Positions 26,079-33,306 of a stretch of 33,306 bases of DNA are shown piece by piece. Source of the stretch: a virus (lineage: Duplodnaviria; Caudoviricetes); IMG/VR virus record IMGVR_UViG_3300001751_000006, positions 1 to 33,306 of that record; one strand, 5' to 3'. Each line of letters opens with the position of its first letter. Position 1 is the first letter of the stretch. Both the position numbers and the translations under genes were made by a program. The notes under the pieces were generated by a model that saw only the letters and a list, made by a program, of their open reading frames with translations, was not told where the DNA came from and made no database searches.

Positions 26079-26916
26079 TGGTTTTCCTTTCATCATTCTT
26101 CTCGCAAGTATCACAGTCCCCATAGCACCAATCCATATCAAGACACAAGATATATCCTTCACCTCTTTTACAACCTGGCTTAAAGTTACAGCTTTCTACT
26201 TTAACATCACCTTTTGATGTTGTTAACCACTTAAAATGAGAACAAGTTAAACAAACATCTTTCTTAACCTTCTCAAGATCGGCCGATCCAAAATGATGAA
26301 TTAGTCCTCTACCTCTAGCTGCGGCTACAGTAATTTCCCGCTTAACACATGAATTAGCATAATCCTCTATCTTGACTTTACCATGTTTTTTACAATTAAC
26401 AAACTTTTGAGGATTATGAAAGCTGAATACTTGGTCTTTATTTTCCCCATAGCTATCAAAATGTTCGCATTTATCTCTAAACCTACTACCATCTCCTCTC
26501 AATCCAGAGCATACTGTAGGACAAAATAAAGTAATAGCATTAGTTGCATTTGGGATCAAACTTAGTATCCTTTCTTCATCCTCACTATATTCTTTTTTAG
26601 CCCTGAAATCTCTGGGCTTCATTTTCGGACATTGGATAAGCTGATCAAATACAAAAGCACTTAGAATATCTAATATAGATGCATCAACTTTTAAGATGTG
26701 AATCTCATGCTTTTTCATATTTTCTTCTTTTTCTGGGCAATTGTTTGGACAAACAAGAAGAACTAAACCGTCTTCCCTCTCAAGTTTCCAAAACTTTGAG
26801 TTTGGATGCCCTTCTCTTGGACACTCAATTAGTTCACTTCCACATACTTCACATTCATGAGGATGATTTGGAATGCCCCAGCAACCATAGATTTGTACTT
26901 GCTTTTTTTCTCCCAT
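26062..26916 (-). CDS. Cys-rich hypothetical protein (several CxxC motifs)
   Basis: AGGAG RBS; CEVC, CPNNC, CPTVC, CLTC and CDTC. Confidence 0.6.
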   Translation of the reverse strand: MGEKKQVQIYGCWGIPNHPHECEVCGSELIECPREGHPNSKFWKLEREDGLVLLVCPNNCPEKEENMKKHEIHILKVDASILDILSAFVFDQLIQCPKMKPRDFRAKKEYSEDEERILSLIPNATNAITLFCPTVCSGLRGDGSRFRDKCEHFDSYGENKDQVFSFHNPQKFVNCKKHGKVKIEDYANSCVKREITVAAARGRGLIHHFGSADLEKVKKDVCLTCSHFKWLTTSKGDVKVESCNFKPGCKRGEGYILCLDMDWCYGDCDTCEKNDERKTNESVD

Positions 26917-26927
26917 TCATTCTCCTT

Positions 26928-27431
26928 TCAAGTATACTTTTCAGGCCATAGTTCCTGCCATTCACCTTCTAACTTTCTTATTTTTGGTTGATCTTCATCT
27001 ATATCCCAATCCAATTTATCATATTCCTTTGCTAATCTATTAATCTTAGACTTAAACTCTCTCGGGCCAACTAATATTTCTTGTGGCTCAATAATTCCCC
27101 GATCACCTAAAACAAGAACTTTAGCTTTTGGAAAACGTTTCTTAAATTGTTTTTTAGCTTCAGCAATTAACTTTTTTCTACTTCTAAATCTTTCACTTTC
27201 ATCCCCTTCTTTATATCCAATAGACTTTACATTCTCTGGCTTTATACCTCTATTCAAATTCTTAGCATCTTCCTTAGATAACTTATAGCTAACATCAAAA
27301 CTTTGGTTTCCATTCAAAGGTCTTAACCTTCCATAGTAATGATCTGCTCCTATGACACAAGTTCCCACCCAAGTAGTAATTGTTAAGAAAACGATATGTT
27401 CTTCTTTTATAACTATTTCCATTTTCCTCAA
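26928..27431 (-). CDS. Hypothetical protein
   Basis: 167-aa ORF in the operon; contains GADHYYG. Confidence 0.6.
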   Translation of the reverse strand: MRKMEIVIKEEHIVFLTITTWVGTCVIGADHYYGRLRPLNGNQSFDVSYKLSKEDAKNLNRGIKPENVKSIGYKEGDESERFRSRKKLIAEAKKQFKKRFPKAKVLVLGDRGIIEPQEILVGPREFKSKINRLAKEYDKLDWDIDEDQPKIRKLEGEWQELWPEKYT

Positions 27432-28309
27432 TCTCCCAGGATGTTCTCCTCCTCATCTAAACCTAACCTAGTTAATAACTGGTTGAATCCTAACTCGATA
27501 AAAATCTTTCGCAGTTTATCTCTATCAAATTCCTTCAAAGCAAATTTTTCATAGTCAGTATCAATAGGTACGTCACACATAATAGTCATTAGTACTATAT
27601 TTAAGTAAAGTTGGTCATTAAACTCAAGCAAACTATCTTTATACCTATCCTTCAACTCATCTGCGTGAGAGATAAGATTTCTGATAGAACCATACTTGGA
27701 GATCCAATTAGCTGCAGTTTTAGATCCTACACCAGAAATCCCAGGAATATTATCTGCAGAATCTCCCTGCAAAGCCAAATATTCAACAAATTTATCTGGA
27801 GTTACTCCAGTTTTCTCAATCATATCCTGCAAATCCACAGTATCATTTGTTTTCACATCAAATATATATATTGTATGGTCCACTAGTTGAAGCATATCTT
27901 TATCATTAGAACAGATGCAAACTTCGTATCCATCATTAGCAGCTCTCTTAGCTATCGTTCCAATTATGTCATCTGCCTCATATCCATCAACTCTTATAAC
28001 TGGGATGTTCATTGCATCAAGAATCTCTTCTATCTTATCTCTCTGAGCTATAAAATCATCCGATGGGCGAGAACGAGTAGCTTTATAATCACTATACAAC
28101 TCACTTCGAATTGTTTTACCTCTTCCTTCCATAGCCACAACCAGCATATCAGGCATTTGTTCTCGAATTAGCTTAAGTAAAGCTGTAGTGAAAATGTATA
28201 CTCCATTGGTTAATTCACCTGATGGGCTAGTTAGAGTAGTACGAATAGGAGCATGGCATGCTCGATGAACATGGTAGTGTCCATCTAGAATAAAAAGTTT
28301 CATAGCCAT
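27428..28309 (-). CDS. 5'-3' exonuclease / flap endonuclease (Pol I N-terminal-like, stand-alone)
   Basis: ILDG, YKATR, EADDIIGT, DKDMLQL and H3TH GDSADNIPGISGVGSKTA. Confidence 0.92.
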   Translation of the reverse strand: MAMKLFILDGHYHVHRACHAPIRTTLTSPSGELTNGVYIFTTALLKLIREQMPDMLVVAMEGRGKTIRSELYSDYKATRSRPSDDFIAQRDKIEEILDAMNIPVIRVDGYEADDIIGTIAKRAANDGYEVCICSNDKDMLQLVDHTIYIFDVKTNDTVDLQDMIEKTGVTPDKFVEYLALQGDSADNIPGISGVGSKTAANWISKYGSIRNLISHADELKDRYKDSLLEFNDQLYLNIVLMTIMCDVPIDTDYEKFALKEFDRDKLRKIFIELGFNQLLTRLGLDEEENILGD

Positions 28310-28312
28310 ATT

Positions 28313-28450
28313 TTAGCCCGTAAATTTTCGAACATATGTATCAACAATATCTTCAATTACTTTCTGCTGTTCTTCCCAACTAGATTGGTCATTTTCAGCA
28401 TACCACTCCTCAAATTCTTTCCAAATACTTTTCCATGTTTCCGAAGTCAT
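28313..28450 (-). CDS. 45-aa hypothetical protein (not in ORF track)
   Basis: GGAG RBS; MTSETWKSIWKEFEEW... Confidence 0.55.
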   Translation of the reverse strand: MTSETWKSIWKEFEEWYAENDQSSWEEQQKVIEDIVDTYVRKFTG

Positions 28451-28482
28451 TTTCTTTTCTCTCCAAAATTTTTAGTTTGATC

Positions 28483-28758
28483 TCAATCAACTATTAATGG
28501 ATAATCAGCAGCTAAGTCATCAATATCAGATTCTCCATCTATCCATTGACGTGCATCTAAGGCGGCCATTAAAACGTTTTGCGCTTCCGATTCAAATTCG
28601 TATTCTATTTCATCATTTTCCATATCTTCTTCAAGGACTTTGATCTGGGCATCAATAGCATCTAAATGGCTATCGCCAAAAGCACTATATGGACGAACCT
28701 TTTCTTGAATTCCCCTTAATGCTTCAATTTGCTGTTCTACTTCTTTTTGTGTTTTCAT
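28483..28758 (-). CDS. Hypothetical protein
   Basis: AGGA RBS; acidic helical 91-aa ORF. Confidence 0.6.
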   Translation of the reverse strand: MKTQKEVEQQIEALRGIQEKVRPYSAFGDSHLDAIDAQIKVLEEDMENDEIEYEFESEAQNVLMAALDARQWIDGESDIDDLAADYPLIVD

Positions 28759-28768
28759 CTTCTACTTC

Positions 28769-29341
28769 CTATCTAATTTGACTTGTAACAACATTCACTT
28801 CTGGATTATTCCAACAGTAAAAGTTACATTCCTCACAATTATCATGACATACAAAAAACTCATCAGAACCTGAAGTACCTTTTATTGCAGCCTGAGGAAA
28901 AATTCCAGAATGCTTTCTAGTGTTATCAGTAGATTCTCTAACTACTACATTCTTCGGAAAAATATGTTTCATGTACTTTAAGAAATTAATTCTTTTAGTA
29001 TTAGTTCTAAAAATGATATGAGGAAATCCTGCAGCAATGTATGCCCATTTATCAATATACTCTTTACTGTAAAAATCTCCTGTTATATGTATTCTAACAT
29101 ACTGTATTGATTTCCTACGAGCTATTTCATCTATCATCCTAGAAGCAAAGTTTTTCTTCAAGCTTTGCTTATATCTCCACTTGGCAGCTTCTTTTACATT
29201 CGACCATAGAAACCTTCCCTTCAGAGCATAGCAATTCTCTTTACACCAAGAAGAGGGATTGCATGTAAGCAAAGGTGGAATGTTAAAAATTCCAACAGAA
29301 GAAGGCATTGTCAAATTACCAGCAATCAGCAATTTCCTCAT
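28769..29341 (-). CDS. Gp88-like phage protein (Cys-rich, radical-SAM-like)
   Basis: GN.., FNIPP..TC......C...CYA, RIHITGDF and C..NC..C..CW. Start MRKLL at 29341 follows GAGGAGG. Confidence 0.7.
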   Translation of the reverse strand: MRKLLIAGNLTMPSSVGIFNIPPLLTCNPSSWCKENCYALKGRFLWSNVKEAAKWRYKQSLKKNFASRMIDEIARRKSIQYVRIHITGDFYSKEYIDKWAYIAAGFPHIIFRTNTKRINFLKYMKHIFPKNVVVRESTDNTRKHSGIFPQAAIKGTSGSDEFFVCHDNCEECNFYCWNNPEVNVVTSQIR

Positions 29342-29360
29342 TAGTATCCTCCTCAATACT

Positions 29361-29422
29361 TAAAAACCAATGGCGAGAAGTAATGATTTTATAGGAACTT
29401 CCTTTGCCATGCATGGTTTTTA
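29361..29422 (-). ncRNA. Conserved hairpin motif, copy B (putative cis-regulatory RNA or protein-binding RNA)
   Basis: UAAAAACCA-UGC-AUGGC-AAA-GGAAGU-UCCUAUAAAAUCAUU-ACUUCU-C-GCCAU-UGGUUUUUA; shares an exact 19-mer with 31382-31400. Confidence 0.6.
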
Positions 29423-31327
29423 ACTCAATAAGTTTAGTATACTATCCCTTTCTATTTTTTCTAGAGATAAGTTAATATCACATTCTTCCTCATCTTCCAC
29501 TATTTCTGCATCAGATAAAAGAAGTATTTCATTCAAGCTGATAGTATCTGTGTAAAAATCCGTTAAGTACTGCATAGCATTTTCTATCATCCTTGATGCT
29601 CTTGAAGTAATACTCATTCCTATAAGGCTCTCTGAGAAATAAAATCTAAGATCTTTGGATGTTGTTACTATACCTAATATCTTTTGAGGACTATCAATCT
29701 TTGATTCTATAGAACAAACAATATCATTTGGATCGATAACATAATTCTTACTAAGCGTTCTAGGCTGATGCTTTGCTACAATAATTTCAAAGGGCACTTC
29801 TTGAGGAGAATAATTAAAATAGTTAACCATCAATATTCCAGGAGACTTTAGAGATCCATACAAATAGAATAACTCTGAAGCACCTTTTGGTCTGGGAGCA
29901 TTTGTTACATCTCCAGAGAATAAAATATTTTTTCCACTCGATCTATATTCACCATCCCAGCCGTACTTCATACCACCTACAGTTATTAAAGATAAATCTA
30001 GATCTACTCTTGATGACTCTCCACGTCTGCCCTCATGATTAAACCAGTGAACTCCAAAAACCATACTATCTTGATCTATAGTCAAATATGTCCCAGAAGG
30101 TAAGTTTCCAGTAAACTGTTTCTCTGTAGCTGGAAGTGCATATTCAACACTCTTTGGAAGATAAATTTTCTTATTAGCAACATGTTTGTTAATATCATAA
30201 ACAATACTTCCAAGAACCACTTTTAGTATTTCATCTGACTTAGCTTTTACATGACTATCATAAGAAATCTCTTCAGCCCAACTCTTCCCATTTCTTATTT
30301 TATAAAGAATTGAGCTAACATCTTTTGTTCTGTACTTCAAAGCATAAGCCAATCTTATCTTCCTAAAAGTATTTACTCTTCTCAGCTCACGACTTAATTC
30401 AGTTACTGATATTGGCTCTCCTCTCTTAATCATAGAGGTAACTTCATTAAGATAATCCTTTTTCATTGGTTTGTGATGCTTCTTAGATAGCTTACTAATC
30501 TTGTTTATAATTAAGACGCACTGCCCTGATTTAAGTGCCAAGAACAGTGGCTTAAATCTATTAAAAATTCCTGCTAGATTTTTCAAGCCATATTGCTCTT
30601 TATACTTCTGAAGCAAAAAGAAAGCTGGTAGTTTATCTGCTGAAGTAATTTTCTCTATGATTTCACCACTTTTAATTAGTAGAGTTTCGTTAATAGTTCG
30701 ATAAAGAACAAACCTTAAAAATTCAAGAGGATCTTCTGGAAGAATATCCAAGTAATCATATAACTTAATTCGAGCCTCTTTATTTTTTACCTCTTTCACT
30801 TCCTTAGGGGATATTCCAGCAAAGACACATATTTCAATAATATAATTGAATGTGTCTTCCTTCAAAGCAATGCCAGAAGAAAGCATTTTTAGTGCTTTTT
30901 CTTTTAGTTCTTCTTTTGTGTATCCCTTGATAACAACCAACTTTATACTATCTAGTTTTGGAGAGATAGTGAGTTCTGGTATATCAAGTTGCTCGTTTGG
31001 AATATACACAGAATCTTCATTATATACTCCCAACGCCTCAAATCCATAAGTAGTAAAATAATGAAGTATCTGCTCCAACACCAGTTGAGTTATATGTGCA
31101 TTTCTCACTTTTTTCCAAGATTTATGAAATGAGTTGTTCAACTGAGCTGGCGTCCGTCCAATATCTTTAGCTATCTTAAGCAACTCTTGCTCTGGATAAT
31201 TCGCCACAACTTCAGGAGAGAAGATAAATCCTCTCGGAATAGTCGCTTCTAATAAAGAGCGTTCCGCATCTTTTTTCTTTTTATTCTGTATTGGTAATGC
31301 TCTAAAAAGTTTAATTGTTGCTTCCAT
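29420..31327 (-). CDS. 635-aa protein with helical N-terminus and C-terminal TerD-like domain
   Basis: PATEKQFTGNLPSGT, FGVHW, RVDLDLS, GWDG, FSGDVTNAP and GASELF. Confidence 0.65.
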   Translation of the reverse strand: MEATIKLFRALPIQNKKKKDAERSLLEATIPRGFIFSPEVVANYPEQELLKIAKDIGRTPAQLNNSFHKSWKKVRNAHITQLVLEQILHYFTTYGFEALGVYNEDSVYIPNEQLDIPELTISPKLDSIKLVVIKGYTKEELKEKALKMLSSGIALKEDTFNYIIEICVFAGISPKEVKEVKNKEARIKLYDYLDILPEDPLEFLRFVLYRTINETLLIKSGEIIEKITSADKLPAFFLLQKYKEQYGLKNLAGIFNRFKPLFLALKSGQCVLIINKISKLSKKHHKPMKKDYLNEVTSMIKRGEPISVTELSRELRRVNTFRKIRLAYALKYRTKDVSSILYKIRNGKSWAEEISYDSHVKAKSDEILKVVLGSIVYDINKHVANKKIYLPKSVEYALPATEKQFTGNLPSGTYLTIDQDSMVFGVHWFNHEGRRGESSRVDLDLSLITVGGMKYGWDGEYRSSGKNILFSGDVTNAPRPKGASELFYLYGSLKSPGILMVNYFNYSPQEVPFEIIVAKHQPRTLSKNYVIDPNDIVCSIESKIDSPQKILGIVTTSKDLRFYFSESLIGMSITSRASRMIENAMQYLTDFYTDTISLNEILLLSDAEIVEDEEECDINLSLEKIERDSILNLLS

Positions 31328-31340
31328 AAGTATTCCTTTC

Positions 31341-31406
31341 TAAAAAATAGCGGGAAGTAATAATCTCCAGTAGATATTTTTTAGGAACTTCCTTTGCCAT
31401 TTATTT
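31341..31406 (-). ncRNA. Conserved hairpin motif, copy A (putative cis-regulatory RNA or protein-binding RNA)
   Basis: AAAUGGC-AAA-GGAAGU-UCCUAAAAAAU-AUCU-ACUGG-AGAU-UAUU-ACUUCC-C-GCUAUUU-UUUA, directly before the RBS of the 635-aa gene. Confidence 0.6.
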
Positions 31407-31427
31407 GCAAGGGAGATGAAGAGTAAA

Positions 31428-31730
31428 TCATTCATCTTGGATTAGATCATTAGGAACTCTTTTTATCTCCCCACTAACTACTACCTCAAGAAGATGTAAT
31501 TCTGATTCTTTATCAAAGCCATCACGCAGTATTCCAGAAACAACTGCTGGAACTCCATCATATTGCTTATAATCTTCAGGTAACCAAAAATGATTATCGG
31601 CTCCATCCCAAGCAACCATTATTCCAGAACCATAGTCTTCATCAATAACTCCTTCTGTACCTTTTGGAACACCACTAAAAGCTACAAGACTACGAATTCT
31701 CGTACCAACTTTTGCTTCTTCAGCTTTCAT
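31428..31730 (-). CDS. Hypothetical protein (SH3-like beta protein)
   Basis: VGTRIRSL..FSGVPKGTEGVIDEDY...VAWD. Confidence 0.6.
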   Translation of the reverse strand: MKAEEAKVGTRIRSLVAFSGVPKGTEGVIDEDYGSGIMVAWDGADNHFWLPEDYKQYDGVPAVVSGILRDGFDKESELHLLEVVVSGEIKRVPNDLIQDE

Positions 31731-31890
31731 TTTTGAATGCTTTAGTTCTCTTACAATTTTTACAAGTCACATTTTTACGCCAAGAAGTAAAACACTTAAA
31801 AAAGGAACTGCTAAGATCATAATAACCACAAGCAGCGACTCTAGCTGAAAAGCCAAAAAACGTTTTACTTATTATAAAGTGTTTTTTCAT
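31720..31890 (-). CDS. 56-aa putative Zn-binding protein (not in ORF track)
   Basis: MKKH...ACG...VTCKNCKRT, an H/C/CxxC pattern common in small phage proteins. Confidence 0.6.
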   Translation of the reverse strand: MKKHFIISKTFFGFSARVAACGYYDLSSSFFKCFTSWRKNVTCKNCKRTKAFKNES

Positions 31891-31892
31891 AA

Positions 31893-32084
31893 CTAATCCA
31901 CATTATCGCAGTTTGTTATTTCTTCTTCATCGATTCCCATTTCATCGGCGAAGGTTTCTATGTTATCGGTTAAGCAAACGATATTTCCATTATCAATGTG
32001 TTCTTGTATATTTTCCATTCCATCTTCGACGCTATCAATAGTTAAGCTGTACCATTTGCCTGATAACTTGACTAAACTAAACAT
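31893..32084 (-). CDS. Small acidic hypothetical protein
   Basis: AAGGAG RBS upstream (the start may be two codons earlier); D/E-rich. Confidence 0.55.
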   Translation of the reverse strand: MFSLVKLSGKWYSLTIDSVEDGMENIQEHIDNGNIVCLTDNIETFADEMGIDEEEITNCDNVD

Positions 32085-32123
32085 CTCATTGCTCCTTTTC
32101 TATAATTGGTCGCTATCTTTCCA

Positions 32124-32606
32124 TTACATAGCCCTTGGTTTTAGACTCAACCATTCCTTCCATTCTCCTCTCATTGGAATTGGCCTTGGAACATCTTTAC
32201 CAATTCCTAACTCATAATCCACTCCCAATTCCCTACCTATTCTTCCGCCACCACTATATCTAGTATTACACCCAGCTAATGTAATAAACTTATGAATACC
32301 ACTTTCTTTATATCCAGCCCTAATCAACATCCTTATAAAATTAAGCAGTTCCGTATTGAATCCCTTCTCAAGTAAATCTGATAGATTTAACAAGTCTCTA
32401 ATATATTGAATAATCTCTATATGAGCTGTCAAATCTACTTCTGCTGGACCTCTGTCCCATTTTTCTGAGCTAATCAAGTTACTACTTCCACACTTACAAG
32501 GAGCGTATTTGATCTTTGATCCCCCTCCATGAACTTCAAATATTTCAACCTTCTGATTACATTTTCCACATCTCATTTTATCAAGCTTTATCTTGAGGCT
32601 TTCCAT
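32124..32606 (-). CDS. Hypothetical protein with N-terminal zinc ribbon
   Basis: GGAG RBS; CGKC...CKCGS. Confidence 0.6.
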   Translation of the reverse strand: MESLKIKLDKMRCGKCNQKVEIFEVHGGGSKIKYAPCKCGSSNLISSEKWDRGPAEVDLTAHIEIIQYIRDLLNLSDLLEKGFNTELLNFIRMLIRAGYKESGIHKFITLAGCNTRYSGGGRIGRELGVDYELGIGKDVPRPIPMRGEWKEWLSLKPRAM

Positions 32607-32672
32607 TCTTATCTCCAGTTTCTCCTGAACAAAACCATTTTGTTAAAGCTGATCTAGCTCGCATTAACCACT

Positions 32673-33146
32673 TCATCCTGACTTAACTCCATCCCAATTC
32701 ATATTCTTCACCCAGCTCTTAGCCTTCCCTGTTGCTTCTTTTTCGCTCTTTCCAGCATCAGCATATTTATTAGCTACCTCTTGAACAATTTCCTCATCAC
32801 TCTTTCCCTCTGACTTTAGCTTTCTGCACATAATAGCCAATCCCTTGACTCGAGAGGATATTGTTCTTTTTTGCTTTGATTCACTAGTATCACTTACCAC
32901 TACTTTCTTCTGTGGACTCGAAACTTCGCTGTGCTTTTCATATAAGAGTTTAGTATCACTAACTACTTTAGGAGGAACAAATATAGTTTCTCCAGCTCCG
33001 TCAACAAGCACTGATGTGCCCATAGTAATATTTGACTCTCTAGTGCACTTCTTGAATAGCTCAAGATTAGAAGCTTTACAATTCTGGCACTTTGCTTTCC
33101 CTTCCCTCTCAATAGTTCTAACTCCAAAGAATTTACAATCATTCAT
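32673..33146 (-). CDS. Hypothetical protein with N-terminal Cys motif and basic helical C-terminus
   Basis: AAGGGG RBS; CKFFG...CQNC...C. Confidence 0.6.
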   Translation of the reverse strand: MNDCKFFGVRTIEREGKAKCQNCKASNLELFKKCTRESNITMGTSVLVDGAGETIFVPPKVVSDTKLLYEKHSEVSSPQKKVVVSDTSESKQKRTISSRVKGLAIMCRKLKSEGKSDEEIVQEVANKYADAGKSEKEATGKAKSWVKNMNWDGVKSG

Positions 33147-33197
33147 TTAAATCCCCTTCAATTTTACCAACGCGTTGTATCACAAGCTGGATCTGGG

Positions 33198-33305
33198 TTA
33201 CCGCTCTAATATCTTTTGTAGCCGCTCATTCTCCTCATGTAGCTTTTCAATTTCATGTTCCAATGATTTTATTATGTTTCTTTTTTGGTCTCTTAATTGT
33301 GATAT
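33198..33305 (-). CDS. Partial coiled-coil protein (starts beyond the window)
   Basis: Open frame ISQLRDQKRNIIKSLEHEIEKLHEENERLQKILER*. Confidence 0.5.
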   Translation of the reverse strand: MSQLRDQKRNIIKSLEHEIEKLHEENERLQKILER

Positions 33306-33306
33306 T

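Noticed and set aside
29390-29401. TATAGGAACTTC resembles one arm of a yeast FRT site
   Set aside because: There is no second arm, no 8-bp spacer and no vector context. It is a coincidental part of the natural repeat.
29361-31406. CRISPR or mini-array interpretation of the repeats
   Set aside because: There are only two copies, 2 kb apart, with no spacer periodicity and no cas genes.
31779-31810. Possible third motif copy (agaagtaa...aggaact)
   Set aside because: It lies inside a small CDS, its stem has a mismatch and the outer GGC/GCC stem is absent. It is probably chance.
32620-32670. Small hairpins (aacaaaa-cca-ttttgtt; agct...agct) in an intergenic gap
   Set aside because: These are weak AT-rich stems with no U-tract and no second copy.
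405-33150. All plus-strand ORFs in the track
   Set aside because: They are antisense shadows of well-supported minus-strand genes, with no recognisable motifs.

Overview
This is an AT-rich, densely packed segment of a large tailed dsDNA bacteriophage genome (or a prophage-like element). All credible genes lie on the minus strand, with short overlaps and Shine-Dalgarno motifs, and the standard bacterial code fits. Reading in transcription order (right to left), the window begins with small early-type hypotheticals. Next comes a 635-aa TerD-like protein bracketed by two copies of a conserved hairpin motif, then a Gp88-like Cys-rich protein and a stand-alone 5'-3' exonuclease. A putative DNA-modification cluster follows (radical SAM, GT2-like glycosyltransferase, DUF488, a decayed DNA-methyltransferase chimera, a QueC-HAD fusion and a DpdA/TGT-like protein). 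The replication and recombination block contains a beta-clamp, a UDG-fused family A polymerase, a DnaX-like clamp loader, a gp32-like SSB, a UvsY-like protein, RecA, a RuvC-like protein, and a split SbcC with SbcD. After that come an HPRT-like gene next to QueD, GroES, the terminase genes and a sigma factor. The window ends with nucleotide-pool enzymes (a MazG pseudo-dimer, a dATP/dGTP diphosphohydrolase-like protein and two deoxyribosyltransferase-like paralogs). The two best leads are the structured RNA-like repeat flanking the TerD-like gene and an expanded 7-deazaguanine modification pathway. I saw no tRNA, rRNA, CRISPR array or transposase. All protein calls come from motif recognition by eye, not from database searches.
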